From NCBI GenBank assembly GCA_950097015.1, contig CATNEN010000039.1:18972001-19036000 (forward strand): DNA of 64,000 nucleotides, read 5' to 3'. The notes below the pieces were generated by a model. It did no database searches. It worked only from the letters and a program-made list of their open reading frames with translations, and was not told the origin of the DNA. The position numbers were made by a program, and so were the translations under genes. The DNA comes from Macrostomum hystrix (lineage: Eukaryota; Animalia; Platyhelminthes). Shown piece by piece: positions 50,865 through 63,244 of the stretch. The first letter of the stretch is position 1. Each line of letters starts with the position of its first letter.

Positions 50865-50936
50865 CTTCCCAGCACATGTCCTCCAGTTTATAGGCGATGG
50901 TGTCAGTTATGCCCGAGAGCAGCTTGTGTACTGGAG
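50865..50936 (-). CDS. 72-nt symmetric phase-1 exon (APVHKLLSGITDTIAYKLEDMCWE)
   Basis: CCGCACAG|...GAAG|GTAATG; GC-richer island in AT-rich intron. Confidence 0.65.
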
Positions 50937-51074
50937 CTGTGCGGTGAAATGGCGGTTTAAGCAATGGTCGATTAGTGAAATCGTTTTTAAATAACTAGTA
51001 TAATTAAGTGTATATTCAATGTGAATGTTGCATGTCATAAATATGATCTATATCAAAATTGTGAGCTTTTGATC

Positions 51075-51415
51075 TACTTCTACTACTACTACTAATAGTA
51101 ATAATAATAATAATAATATAAAATGCGGGAGGACTGCGGCAATGGAACATCATTTAGTCACACTAGACCCGCAGCCAGCGAGGAGGCAATTCTGCCCATT
51201 TCGCTGATACAGGAGTGTTAATCTGCCCTGACTTTCTCATCGGCAGTGTACACTTTCACTGTGTCTTGGAGGTTGGCCATAAAGGCCGTGAATTGCACGA
51301 CAAGCCCCCAAGCCTTCTCTCCGCGGCTGCGCCCCAAATGAATGTGGCCTCGCCGCGGAATCGAGCTTAGGGACCTTGGTGCGAGAAACGCGTTAACCGC
51401 TCTGCCACTCACCCC
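51075..51415 (-). mobile_element. SINE family A, full-length tRNA-derived copy
   Basis: Minus strand starts GGGGTGAGTGGCAGAGCGGTTAACGCG (A box) then GCTCGATTCC (B-box-like) and ends in an (ATT)n(AGT)n tail; four other copies or fragments in the window. Confidence 0.88.
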
Positions 51416-51958
51416 TTTCGATCAACTTAAAAATTCATAAACCAGTCTCAGATAGTTGTTAAGCCAAAATTATAAGTAGAATTGGGTCATTGCTAAAGGG
51501 TCATAGCTAGTTCTAGTGGGTCATTGTGAATGGGCAATATAAGTACAGCGGATAATTGCTAGCAGGTCCTATAATTACTGGGTTATAGTCAGTGTGCGTA
51601 GCTGACTAAGTATATACGACCGTAATTATTACTGTTCCAAGAATTTCGTTATAAAATTGATGATACATTTATAATTCTAGCCTACTTACTAGAAGTAGTG
51701 TACAGGTTGAAAAGTGTTGTAATTTATTTGGTGAAATGATAAATGCGCTTATTTTATACAAAATGAAATAATATATAGATGGCAGATAAGTTAAGTTCAA
51801 AGTCAATAAATATAGCTGTGTAAAAAATAAATGTTTAACACATTTTTTGCAGTTTTATTCATAGGCAAGCATATCTACAAAAGGTTTGAGTAACACAATT
51901 TATATGTATGGCAATGGCTATCAATAGTGAGCTTAAGTTGTCCTTCATTATATTTTAC

Positions 51959-52021
51959 CTTCGTGAAGCTCTTCCACTCTCTGAGCAGCCTGCTCAGTGA
52001 TATCATCAATCAGATGGCGCG
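51959..52021 (-). CDS. 63-nt symmetric phase-1 micro-exon (ARHLIDDITEQAAQRVEELHE)
   Basis: GGTTTCAG|...GAAG|GTAAAA, open in frame. Confidence 0.65.
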
Positions 52022-52099
52022 CTGAAACCAGTTTTTTAAATTCACCCGATTGTTAAGCAGTCAGCTGTGATTGTAACTGACTCGGCCATATTGTCGGTC

Positions 52100-53478
52100 A
52101 CAGCATGTGGGTCATAGTTAGTGGTTTATAGTTAGTGGGTCAGACATAGTTGGTGGGTCATTGCTAGTAGGTCATCACTAGTAGGTCATAGCTAGTGTGA
52201 CATAGTTAGTGGTTCATAGTGGGTCGTAGCGAATTGGTCATAGCTTGTGGGTCATTGCTAGTAGGTCATAGTTCGTGCGTCACAGCGTGTGAGTCATAGT
52301 AGTGGGTCACAGCGTCTGGGCCATAGTCAGTGGGCCAACATAGATGGGTCATAGCTAGTGCGTCACATCTAAGGGCTCATAGTAAGTGGCTCATAGTTAG
52401 TGGGTCATAGCTAGTGCGTCATTAGCTAGGGGGGTAATATATAGTGGGTCATTGCAGTGATTGATGGTTAGTGGATCATAGCAAGTGGGTCATAGCTAGT
52501 AGATCATAGCTAGTAGATCATAGCAAGTGGGTCATAGCTAGTAGATCATAGCTAGTAGATCATAGCAAGTGGGTCATAGCTAGTAGATCATAGCAAGTGG
52601 GTCATAGCTAGTAGATCATAGCAAGTGGGTCATAGCTAGTAGATCATAGCAAGTGGGTCATAGCTAGTAGATCATAGAAAGTGGGTCATAGCTAGTAGAT
52701 CATAGAAAGTGGGTCATAGCTAGTAGATCATAGCAAGTGGGTCATAGCTAGTAGATCATAGCAAGTGGGGTCATAGTTAGTGCGGCATAGCGAGTGGGTC
52801 ATAGCTAGTAGATCATAGCAAGTGGGTCATAGCTAGTAGATCATAGCAAGTGGGGTCATAGTTAGTGCGGCATAGCGAGTGGGTCATAGCTAGTAGATCA
52901 TAGCAAGTGGGTCATAGCTATTAGATCATAGCAAGTGGCTCATAGCTAGTAGATCATAGCAAGTGGGTCATAGCTATTAGATCATAGCAAGTGGGTCATA
53001 GCTAGTAGATCATAGCAAGTGGGTCATAGCTAGTAGATCATAGCAAGTGGGTCATAGCTAGTAGATCATAGCAAGTGGGTCATAGCTATTAGATCATAGC
53101 AAGTGGCTCATAGCTAGTAGATCATAGCAAGTGGGGTCATAGTTAGTGCGGCATAGCGAGTGGGTCATAGCTAGTAGATCATAGAAAGTGGGTCATAGCT
53201 AGTAGATCATAGCAAGTGGGTCATAGCTAGTAGATCAAGGCAAGTGGGTCATAGCTAGTAGATCATAGCAAGTGGGTCATAGCTAGTAGATCATAGCAAG
53301 TGGGTCATAGCTAGTAGATCATAGCAAGTGGGTCATAGCTAGTAGATCATAGCAAGTGGGTCATAGCTAGTAGATCATAGCAAGTGGGTCATAGCTAGTA
53401 GATCATAGCAAGTGGGTCATAGCTAGTAGATCATGGCAAGTGGGGTCATAGCTAGTGCGGCATAGCGAGTGGGTCATA
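52100..53478. repeat. 14/28-bp intronic minisatellite (AGCAAGTGGGTCATAGCTAGTAGATCAT)n
   Basis: Homogeneous from 52480 to 53478, degenerate 14-mers from 52100 to 52480. Confidence 0.92.
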
Positions 53479-53564
53479 TATTAGATGAATAATCATAGCA
53501 CATTCAACAATTCAAGTCATTAGTAAATTAGCAAACGAGTTAAGAGAAAAACGGTTGCACTAAC

Positions 53565-53609
53565 CATCTTCATGAATCATTGCCATTTCATCGTCATCAG
53601 TTAACTGTT
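53565..53609 (-). CDS. 45-nt symmetric phase-1 micro-exon (EQLTDDDEMAMIHED)
   Basis: ATTTTTCAG|...GATG|GTTAGT, open in frame. Confidence 0.65.
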
Positions 53610-53987
53610 CTGAAAAATAAAATGCAAAGATTCCGTGTAATTAAAAGGACGATTTATATTAAACAAAAAGCCAATCAGAAACACGAGAAAACGGACTATA
53701 TAATTAACTCGCGTCAAGCTGAAACGTCACGGGATTCTGACTTGACTATGGACTTCTGGGGCTAGAATTTTGTAGGTGCTATCTACAGAAGTCCATGAAT
53801 TATACTAAACACAATATTGACTAATACAGATAGGCTGCATTGACACACAATGGTATAATTCACCTGTTATCGTATGTGTCACTCGTACATGATGTCGAGT
53901 GTGATTGTTTGACAACATAGGCAATATTTAACGAATATTAATTCAATAACAGTCACAAATAATTCAATAACAAAGCTCTTCCTTTAC

Positions 53988-54017
53988 CCAGTTCCTGTTC
54001 GAATGTGTCTGCAAATT
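53988..54017 (-). CDS. 30-nt symmetric phase-1 micro-exon (EFADTFEQEL)
   Basis: GTTGCAG|...CTGG|GTAAAG, open in frame; weaker acceptor. Confidence 0.45.
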
Positions 54018-54104
54018 CTGCAACCATTTTTCATGCAAAGGCGGCTACTTTTAGTAGAATTTTGACGTTGTTTGTGTAAATGATTTTCCGCTTTTTATTG
54101 TCCA

Positions 54105-54737
54105 GCTCAAACTATCCCTGTCTCAAATTATCTCTGCTCAAACGATCTTATTTACAATCAGTACTAACCTCAATCCCAATTGAGGTTAATCCCAATAACG
54201 ATTCATATTGATCTTAATTTATCCCAAACTCAATTTATCCCAAACTCAATTTAACACAGTTTCAATTTATACCAATTCCAATTAATACCAATCACAATTT
54301 ATCCCAAACTCAATTTATCCATATTTCAATCTATCCCAAACTCAATTTATCCCAAACTCAATTTATCCCTATCTCAATCTATCCCAAACTCAATTTATCC
54401 CAAACACAATTAATCCCAATCTCAATCTATCCCAAACTCAATTTATCCCAAACTCCATTTATCCCAAACACAATTTATCCCAAACTCAATTAATCCCAAA
54501 CACAATTTATCCCAAACACAATTTATCCCAAACTCAATTTATCCCAATCTCAATTTATCCCAAACTCAATTTATCCCAATCTCAATTTATCCCAAACACA
54601 ATTTATCCCAATCTCAATTTAACACAGTTTCTATTTATACCAATTCCAATTAATACCAATCACAATTTATCCCAAACTCAATTTTATCCCAATCTCAATC
54701 TATCCCAAACTCAATTTATCCCAATCCCAGTTTATCC
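54105..54737. repeat. 16-bp intronic minisatellite (ATCCCAAACTCAATTT)n
   Basis: Starts about 20 nt from the donor at 54759. Confidence 0.9.
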
Positions 54738-54759
54738 CTAAGTCGAGATTCTAACTCAC

Positions 54760-54970
54760 CGTCAGGCCGCAAAGTTTTCTCAACCCGGCCGTCAAGCGAC
54801 TGTGCGGGGTCCAGCCAATCAGAGCAGAGGAACGCAGTCTCCGTGCCGCCCAGGCATTGGACAATAATTCGGTCGCAATTCCAAGCTCCCGTGGCTTCGC
54901 GACTATCGGCAGAGATGCGGCAGAGATGGAGGGGTCCCAAATCTACGGCGCTGATCCGGAGATCAAGGAT
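54760..54970 (-). CDS. RP1-like locus exon (PLAT C-terminal half)
   Basis: ISAVDLGPLHLCRIS...WNCDRIIV...FLCSDWLD...DGRVEKTL; phase 0/1. Confidence 0.88.
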
Positions 54971-55212
54971 CTGTGGGTCATTGGTTAAATTAGGTCACCA
55001 AACAAATCAGTTTGTAGAGTATAAAGCTCTCAAAACGGATTTAACCAATCGCATGAAAATCCAGAATACGGGCTTAAATTTTCAGCTCTTTCCAGTGAAA
55101 CAACTTCCAGAATTACAAAACACCGGCATCGTCGAGATATTCAACGCTGACGAAGGCTTGGAAAGTTAGTTCATCGGGAAATGGGTGAAATTTTTTAATC
55201 TATATGTTGGCC

Positions 55213-55432
55213 ATACAGGAGTGTACATCTGTCCTGACTTTCTCATCGTCAGGCAGTGAACACTCTCGCTGTGCCTTGGAGGTTGGCCCTAAAGGGCGTA
55301 AAGTCCAGTCCCCACGACAAGTCCCCAAGCCTTCTCTCCGCGGCTGCGCCCCAAATGAATGTGGCCTCGCTGCGGAATCGAGCTCAGGTACCTCGGTGCA
55401 AGAGGCAAACGCGTTAGACCGCAACTGACCCC
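55213..55432 (-). mobile_element. SINE family A, 3'-truncated copy
   Basis: Colinear with 51208-51415, including the tRNA-like head. Confidence 0.82.
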
Positions 55433-55507
55433 TCTAAAAAGTGAACCCTTGCCGACAGTAATAATCCCAAATCCAAAAAAATCCCAGTCAAATTCCCTCC
55501 AGCAGAC

Positions 55508-56346
55508 CTGTCCAGCCGAGCCGCCAAGTCCGCCTGCGGGCAGGCAGACGGCCCTTCGGCCGGTGTCACCTCGCTGACCGCTCAGCAGCAGCCGCAGGCA
55601 GCCGCGAAGTGGCCCGCTGTTGCCACCGCCGGCTGGTCTTGCCAGAACCGACGACGACGATAGAGTGACCAGCCGCAGCTGGTAGTCGACAACAAGCGAC
55701 GAACCTTCGTCATGTCCTTGACCTTCAATGGCACCAGCAGTTAAATCGGCCGGCACTTCCAGACTCGACTCGGCGCTGACGGAGTCCTCGCCGGAGCCGC
55801 CAGCCGGCCAGAACAGTCTGGCCGCGTTTGGCAGACAAAATTCCAGTTTCGTTGTCGGGCTCGATGGTTGCCATAGCAACAGACGTCGCTGATGACGCGC
55901 CGGTTGCCAACTGGCTGCTAGTTGAGGATTTTTCGGCGTCAGATCGAGTCGAAGCTTCCAGCGCCGCGGCAGCCGACTGGTGGATGACTTCGTGGGCAAC
56001 GGCAGACGGAGACGAATGTCGTCATCAGCATCATCGGCTTCCTTTGGCAGGTTAGCTTTTCCGACGATCGGTTCGTTTGTGTCATTGTCAGTGTCAATCC
56101 AGCCGGTAATTGTTACCGTAACGCTTTGGACATTCTGCGAAACTGCTCGGAGATCATCGGTGGCGTCATCGCTTTTCGAATCTGTAGGCGTCAGGCGTAG
56201 AAACCATTCGTCTGGCTCCAGCGGCGGCGGTTCTTGCACAGCCGGCGGTGAAGGAAGCGGCGGCGGCAACGGTTTCGGCTGCGGCTGCGGCTCCGGCAGA
56301 GGCGGCGAAGGCTGCTGAACGGCTTTTGGAGGCTTCGGACTGCCAA
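55508..56346 (-). CDS. RP1-like locus exon (Pro-rich linker plus degenerate PLAT domains)
   Basis: Acceptor TTATTCACAG; PPLPEPQPQPKPLPPP; LLLSGQRGDTGRR; phase 1/0. Confidence 0.8.
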
Positions 56347-56582
56347 CTGTGAATAAAGAAGTTTGGGTATTTCTTTTTTGGCAATTCATGCCTTTATTCA
56401 AGAAATTAAAAGCCCAATAGCCGAAGAGGATCGATCCTCCCCAATTCATCAACATGCATCCCCCATCCTACAATATTTATCCCCCATCCTACAAGAGTTA
56501 TCCCCAATCCTATTATACAAGAGTTATCCCCAATCCTACAAGAGTTATCCCCAATCCAATCAGAGTTATCCCCAACACTTAC

Positions 56583-56757
56583 AGGTCAGCACCTCCGGGT
56601 AGAGTCTAACATTTATGCCTTCGCCATCGTCTATGGCGACAACCCGACCATCGGGCTCGAGGCCCAGCCACTGGCCTGTGCTGCTGCTGCGCAGGGTGAT
56701 GTAACCGTTGGCCTTGAATTTGTCGACCCGAAAGTAGCAGCTGGCATCCCCTGCACC
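56583..56757 (-). CDS. RP1-like locus exon (beta-trefoil, FGF/fascin-like)
   Basis: GAGDASCYFRV...GYITLRSSSTGQWLGLEPDGRV; phase 0/1. Confidence 0.85.
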
Positions 56758-57206
56758 CTGCAGTTTTTTATTTATTGTTGATTTTGATATTGATGTTGTT
56801 ATTTTTCTGAAGCTGTATGTTAAAACCAACCTCAGTGAGTAAGGATCTCAATTTAGCATAATTTTCCTAGCATAAAAAATCTAGCAACATCATGGCGATG
56901 GCGTTTGCCATTGCCTGTGGTAGTTGTGTTGCAGCGGTTGTGTTGACCACTAAATTTGCAACAGCATGGCAACAACATACGAATGGAATAGCAACAGCAT
57001 AGCAACAGCTTAACAACAGCATAGCAACAGCTTAACAACAGCATAGCAACAGCTTAACAACAGCATAGCAACAGCTTAGCAACAGCATAGCAACAACAAA
57101 ACAATGGAATAGCAACAGAACTATAGCGGCTGATTGCAACAGTGACACATGTAACAATGGCACAACAACGGCATGGCGACAGCCTAGCAACGTCAAAGCA
57201 ACCTAC

Positions 57207-57632
57207 GAGGCAGTCACAGACTCCGTCCCGGATGCGCAGGAACTGATCTGGAAGCAGCACCGACTCAAACATCCGCAGCACGGGTCGATCATCACCGTCG
57301 GTCTCGGCTTCGCTCTCCTCAGGCAGTCGTCGAACTCGAAACAGAGCCACCCGGCCTCGTCGACCAGCGCCGTTTAGCCGGCGGCCATCTTGCTCAATGG
57401 TGAGCGCCTGCTCCCGACTGGTTGCCATGGAAACCACGGAGCCGTGGCGTAGACGGCCGCGGCAATGCGGAACCAGGGGCTGCGGCAGCTGCGACCTCCG
57501 GCCCGACGACTGACGACCGTCGGCATTCAACGATAACTGCATGGACGGCCGGTGAGCGGAGGCCACAATCACCGAGCGCGTGAGCTGCTCGTGAGGCCGA
57601 ATGCGAAACTCGCACTGGGCGCCGGCCTTGCC
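57207..57632 (-). CDS. RP1-like locus exon (beta-trefoil)
   Basis: GKAGAQCEFRI...GAGRRGRVALFRV...RMFESVLLPDQFLRIRDG; phase 0/0. Confidence 0.85.
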
Positions 57633-58462
57633 CTGCGAGGTGGAGAGAGGGTTGGAGAGGCATAATGAGAGTCAGGCTGGGGTGGAGGTTGACTTGGGTG
57701 AGGGTAGATATATGAAACAAAAGGCGTTGGCGAGATAAGAGAAAGGGATTAGACAGCGGGAGAAAGATAAGAGATGATAGAGATAAGAGCGTTAAGAGAG
57801 ATAAAAGAGAGATGTGAGACGTAGAAGATCAATAAGAAGAGTGATGAGAGAGAGAAGAAGAAGAAGAGAAGAAGACTATGCTCTCGAGATCCTTCACAAA
57901 CGTTAAATAGTGTCGCCACCACTGGGCCGCATTTTATTTTGGACCACCCTTCTTGTGCCACTGATAGTTTACTAGCTTCCAACTAAAAAATCATGCATTT
58001 TTTTAATCAATTTTTGTGTTTTCTAAAATTTCTACTTTTAGTAGTATCACACGTGCGATGGCGGTAGAAAGCACCATCCAAAAAAGTTCTCTTCAAATCT
58101 GGATTTGTATTTGTGCAACGAGTAGATCAAGATGATGAAATAAAAAAACTGAAATGTGGATCCCTTTCAGCAGTGCTGCTGAAAGTATTTTATTTATAGT
58201 TGCCCGTCAGTACTTCACAAAGGACATGGCAACAGTGCAGCATCAAGCGTTTTAATTGCGAATTAAAAATACAAAGAAATTCGATATTTTTTATACTCTA
58301 CTATTAGTAGAAAATGTAAACAAAATCGAAAACCAGTTTAAAATGTTCACGTGTTACCTGAACTTGTCTTTCAGAAATAAGGAACTGAAGTAGTTAAAAG
58401 TTCGCATTTTGTATATCCCTGTTTTGAGGAAATAAATCTGCAAGAGCATAGATGTTACTCAC

Positions 58463-58569
58463 GTGACCCACAATGAGACCGCTAGGGCTGAGTCCCAGGT
58501 AGCATTTGGTTGCGCCAAGGCAGCGGAACATGCAAATTCCATCGGGCTTTGTTAGAACAGTGAAGAACG
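58463..58569 (-). CDS. RP1-like locus exon (beta-trefoil; absent from the ORF track)
   Basis: FFTVLTKPDGICMFRCLGATKCYLGLSPSGLIVGH; TTGCAG acceptor, GTGAGT donor; phase 1/0. Confidence 0.82.
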
Positions 58570-58639
58570 CTGCAATTTTTCATTCGAAGTAATTTGGATT
58601 GCTTTAAGTGCTCAATCAGATGACGCTATGCTTCTGTTA

Positions 58640-58930
58640 GGCGGTTGCTAAGTGGTTATTCATGAGTCGTTGCTACATAGTTGCTACGGTGAATATTTGA
58701 TATGTAGCAGCCCCTTATCATTGCTATGTGCTTGCTAGGCCGTTTTTATTTGGTTGCTAGGTCGCTGTTATGTGGTTGCTAGATCATTTTATGTGGTTGC
58801 TAGGTCATTTTATGTGGTTGCTAGGTCTTTTTATGTGGTTGCTAGGTCATTTTATGTGGTTGCTAGGTCTTTTTATGTGGTTGCTAGGTCGTTATGTGGT
58901 TGCTAGGTCGTTGCTATGCGGTTGCTAGGC
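58640..58930. repeat. ~21-bp intronic minisatellite (ATGTGGTTGCTAGGTCWTTTT)n
   Basis: Starts about 20 nt from the donor at 58951. Confidence 0.8.
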
Positions 58931-58951
58931 AGTATTTGAAGTAAAGCTCAC

Positions 58952-59235
58952 ACATTGGATCGCTCTCTGCTTCCAGATCTCCATCGCCGCCAGACGGCTT
59001 GGCTGCGTCCACGCTGGTGTCCGCGTTGAGCCTCAACGGGCGTCCAGTTGACGGACAGTAGAGCTGCAGGATGCAGTTGTTCTCAAACATCCAGGCCAGG
59101 CCCTGCCAGGCTGTCCGCTCAAGCTGCTGCAACGCCGGGTCGATGGCTGCGACGCCGGCAGCGGGGGCTGAAGATTGTCGCAGTGGTCGCAGGTCGCGAA
59201 CAATTCTGCCATCATCTTCGCCGGAGTCCAACCAC
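58952..59235 (-). CDS. RP1-like locus exon (PLAT end, start of beta-trefoil)
   Basis: RWLDSGEDDGRIVRDL...WMFENNCILQLYCPSTGRPLRLNADTSVDA; phase 2/1. Confidence 0.88.
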
Positions 59236-59321
59236 CTTGAGACATAGTTGAAAAACGATAGTCGATCTACGAGTACTTAACTAAATGCTTAGTCTCAAAG
59301 TTTTTTATGCCAGCCGCTCAC

Positions 59322-59479
59322 CTGTAGCATGGAAACTCGGTCGAGTCGTCAGGTTTTGACTCCAGGCTCACGATTACTTTGTCCAGGTGCCAACCGAATC
59401 CCGGACCAGCAGCGTCGTGACTCACAATGAGCTTGTTCAGGCGGCCCAGGTGAACCGCTTCCAGGCTGAACTTGTCCGA
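59322..59479 (-). CDS. RP1-like locus exon (canonical PLAT)
   Basis: DKFSLEAVHLGRLNKLIVSHDAAGPGFGWHLDKVIV...FPCYR; phase 0/2. Confidence 0.92.
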
Positions 59480-59618
59480 CTGGTGAGTCAGTTGGGATTT
59501 GAGTCAGTTGGGATTTGAGTCAGTTAGGATTTTATTCAGTTGGGGCTAGGATTTAGGTCAATTTAGCTTTGAGATTTGAGTCTGGTTGGAATATGGAAAA
59601 AAGCAGCTAGCAACACAC

Positions 59619-59779
59619 CTGTCCCTTCCTAAAAGGCGCGATCGCCAGATGCTCTGTACTCAGCAACAGCTCCCTGGGTCCCGTGTCGCCATGATCACCG
59701 TGAAGAGTTACCGAGACAGCAGCGGAGGTGCCGGCGTTGTATAGATCACCTGTGTACACGTCCAGCAGGTACCGCTCCA
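59619..59779 (-). CDS. RP1-like locus exon (canonical PLAT)
   Basis: YLLDVYTGDLYNAGTSAAVSVTLHGDHGDTG...FRKGQ; phase 1/0. Confidence 0.92.
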
Positions 59780-59949
59780 CTGCATGTTAGATTGCGTTGG
59801 TGTGACCATTGCTCATTGGATAAAACAGGCGGACAATAATGTGCTGAATAGAACTGAGATAGGGAATACAATACAATAATACGCTTGTATCCAAATACTT
59901 TATTACATTTGCCTCAATTACGCCATATGTACAGCCGACAGCACAGCCG

Positions 59950-60196
59950 CAACTGTTGCGCGGCGCATCTGAAGGCCGCGTACGGCTGTTCAGTCCATGG
60001 ACTGGGGAGACGCCACACCCACCCTCAATTACTCCAGCTGATGCTGGCACCCATTTAACAGCTGGGTTAACTGAAGCAATGCAGAGTTAAGTAAGTGTCT
60101 TGCAAAATGGAAATATATTGTTCCATTGGAGACGCGAATCGAACCCATGACCTTCCAGTCGTAAGTCCGTCGCTCTAACCACTTGACTACAAACCC
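59950..60196 (-). mobile_element. SINE family B copy
   Basis: Minus strand GGTTTGTAGTCAAGTGGTTAGAGCG...GGGTTCGATTCG (A and B boxes), then CAAGACACTTA...CCCAGCTGTTAAATGGGTGCC; homologous to 27000-27268. Confidence 0.85.
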
Positions 60197-61870
60197 TATA
60201 AATAGAATAGAATAGAATAGAATAGAATAGAATAGAATAGAACAGAACAGAATAGAATAGAATAGAATAGAATAGAATAGAATAGAATAGAATAGAATAG
60301 AATAAAACGGAATAGAATAGAATAGAATAGAATAGAATAGAACAGAATAGAATAGAATAGAATAGAATAGAACAGAATAGAATAGAATAGAATAGAATAG
60401 AACAGAAAAGAATAGAATAGAATAGAATAGAATAGAATAGAATAGAATAGAATAGAATAGAACAGAATAGAATAGAATAGAATAGAATAGAATAGAATAG
60501 AATAGAATAGAATAGAATAAAACAGAATAGAATAGAATAGAATAGAATAGAATAGAATAGAACAGAATAGAATAGAATAGAATAGAATAGAACAGAAAAG
60601 AATAGAATAGAATAGAATAGAATAGAATAGAATAGAATAGAATAGAACAGAACAGAATAGAATAGAATAGAATAGAATAGAATAGAATAGAATAGAATAG
60701 AATAAAACAGAATAGAATAGAATAGAATAGAATAGAACAGAACAGAATAGAATAGAATAGAATAGAATAGAATAGAATAGAATAGAATAGAATAGAACAG
60801 AACAGAATAGAATAGAATAGAATAGAATAGAATAGAATAGAATAGAATAGAATAGAATAGAATAGAATAGAATAGAATAGAATAGAATAGAATAGAATAG
60901 AATAGAATAGAACAGAATAGAATAGAATAGAACAGAGCAGAATAGAATAGAATAGAATAGAATAGAATAGAATAGAATAGAATAGAATAGAATATAATAG
61001 AATAGAATAGAATAGAATAGAACAGAACAGAATAGAACAGAATAGAATAGAATAAAATAGAATAGAATAGAATAGAATAGAATAGAATAGAATAAAATAG
61101 AATAGAATAGAATAAAATAGAACAGAATAGAATAGAATAGAATAGAATAGAATAGAATAGAATAGAATAGAATAGAATAGAATAGAATAGAATAGAATAG
61201 AATAGAATAGAATAGACCAGAATAGAATAGAATAGAATAGAATAGAATAGAATAGAACAGAATAGAATAGAATAGAACAGAACAGAATAGAATAGAATAG
61301 AATAGAATAGAACAGAATAGAATAGAATAGAATAGAATATAATAGAATAGAATAGAATAGAATAGAACAGAATAGAATAGAATAGAATAGAACAGAACAG
61401 AATAGAATAGAATAGAATAGAACAGAATAGAATAGAATAGAATAGAATAGAACAGAATAGAATAGAATAGAATAGAATAGAATAGAATAGAATAGAATAG
61501 AACAGAATAGAATAGAATAGAATAGAATAGAACAGAACAGAATAGAATAGAATAGAATAGAATAGAATAGAACAGAACAGAATAGAATAGAATAGAATAG
61601 AATAGAATAGAATAGAATAGAATAGAATAGAACATAATAGAATAGAATAGAATAGAACAGAACAGAACAGAATAGAATAGAATAGAATAGAATAGAACAG
61701 AACAGAATAGAATAGAATAGAATAGAATAGAACAGAACAGAATAGAATAGAATAGAATAGAATAGAATAGAACAGAACAGAATAGAATAGAATAGAATAG
61801 AATAGAATAGAATAGAATAGAACAGAACAGAATAGAATAGTATAGAATAGAATAGAATAGAATACGATAG
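60197..61870. repeat. (AATAG)n pentanucleotide microsatellite, ~1.67 kb
   Basis: About 330 units with AACAG variants. Confidence 0.98.
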
Positions 61871-62727
61871 ACTAAATCTGAATATAATCAAATAAAAAGT
61901 AACACATCTGAACGCATATTTTAAATCCGAGTTAATTGAAATTTCGTCACAAAAAGTCATTCGCACGCAATCTCATGAAATTCTCGAAACAATTTCACGA
62001 CAGGCATGACAAAAATTGATAAACAAAGAGGTGGACACGACTGTTCATGCATTTGGGATCAAACGATTTTCGTCCTAGAGGTAGCAAAAGATCAGTACAG
62101 CCACAGTATGCTCTCGCATTGGCCTTTCTAACGAGCAGCGCCCGAATCACTATGCAGCCCACGCCCTCAACTCAGCTAGGGATGCGAGGTATCACGCCTT
62201 GACTAATACCCACCCTTCCTAGCCTGTACCTTGCAAATCCTTTCTTTAATGCAGAATTTCGAGAACCGCTTGAGAGAAAGAGAGGAGATGAGGACAGGAA
62301 TTAGCATCGAATGACTAGTCGCCTAGCAACAAAAATAGGACCCGCAGATTTGACTAGCGCCATGAGAAACCACACCTGCTCAACTGCTGCTCAGAGTCAG
62401 TTTAACTGCCGTCTATGGTTAGATGGTAAATTAGAAATTGTCTACGTTGAAAATGCTAAAAAATTGACAAAGGAACAAAATCAAATTTCTATACTGACTG
62501 CGTAGCTAAATTAATTTGAAGGCTTGAAAAATAATTCTATCGTGAAAACGCAATTCTGAAATCTGATTGCAAGAATATCACACCCTACGGTTGCATAGCT
62601 GATGATATCCTCACTGACTCATTCGGGTAATTTATGACATCTTCACTGACTCATTCACTGACTTCACTGACTGATGACATCCTCACTCTCGCCCTGAATT
62701 ATTCGCATGTCCCATCTTACTACTCAC

Positions 62728-62953
62728 CGGTCAGTAGTGGCTTCCCATCGCGTCCATTGGCTGGCAGCTCTTTGCTCATTCGCCCCATCCCCAGTGAACA
62801 ATCAAAGTCAAACAGCAGTTTTTCGCCTGTGTCAGCGTCTGTCATCGCCAGCTGGCCGACGCGAGTGTCAGCTATGGCAGCCGTTGAAGTTCTCGGTCGA
62901 GCATCCAGGTTGAGCCGTACTTTAAGAATCTCGCCAATTATGCCGGTATTTAC
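62728..62953 (-). CDS. RP1-like locus exon (PLAT C-terminal half)
   Basis: VNTGIIGEILKVRL...MTDADTGEKLLFDFDC...KELPA; phase 0/1. Confidence 0.85.
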
Positions 62954-63244
62954 CTGAAGAAGGTGAAAACATTACGCATTTTCTGACTCTTCATTTACAT
63001 CGATGACTCATCAATGACTTCTTGATCGATTCTAAAATGTACATGTGTGACTCATCAAGGCCATATCAATCGATCTTAAATGTACATCTGTGGCTCATCA
63101 ATAACTTATCGATCCATTCTAAATGTACATCGATGACTCATCAATGACCTATCGATCGATTCTGAATGTACATCTATGGCAAATTACTAATGTACATTTG
63201 CAGCTCAGACATCAGAAGTGAGCATTTTAAGGAACGCGTCTTAC

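Noticed and set aside
60125-60196. tRNA gene candidates (also 51345-51415 and 27200-27268)
   Set aside because: They are heads of multi-copy SINEs with degenerate stems, continuing into shared non-tRNA bodies.
60029-61966. 645-aa and 479-aa hydrophobic (YSILF)n ORFs
   Set aside because: Translations of the (AATAG)n microsatellite.
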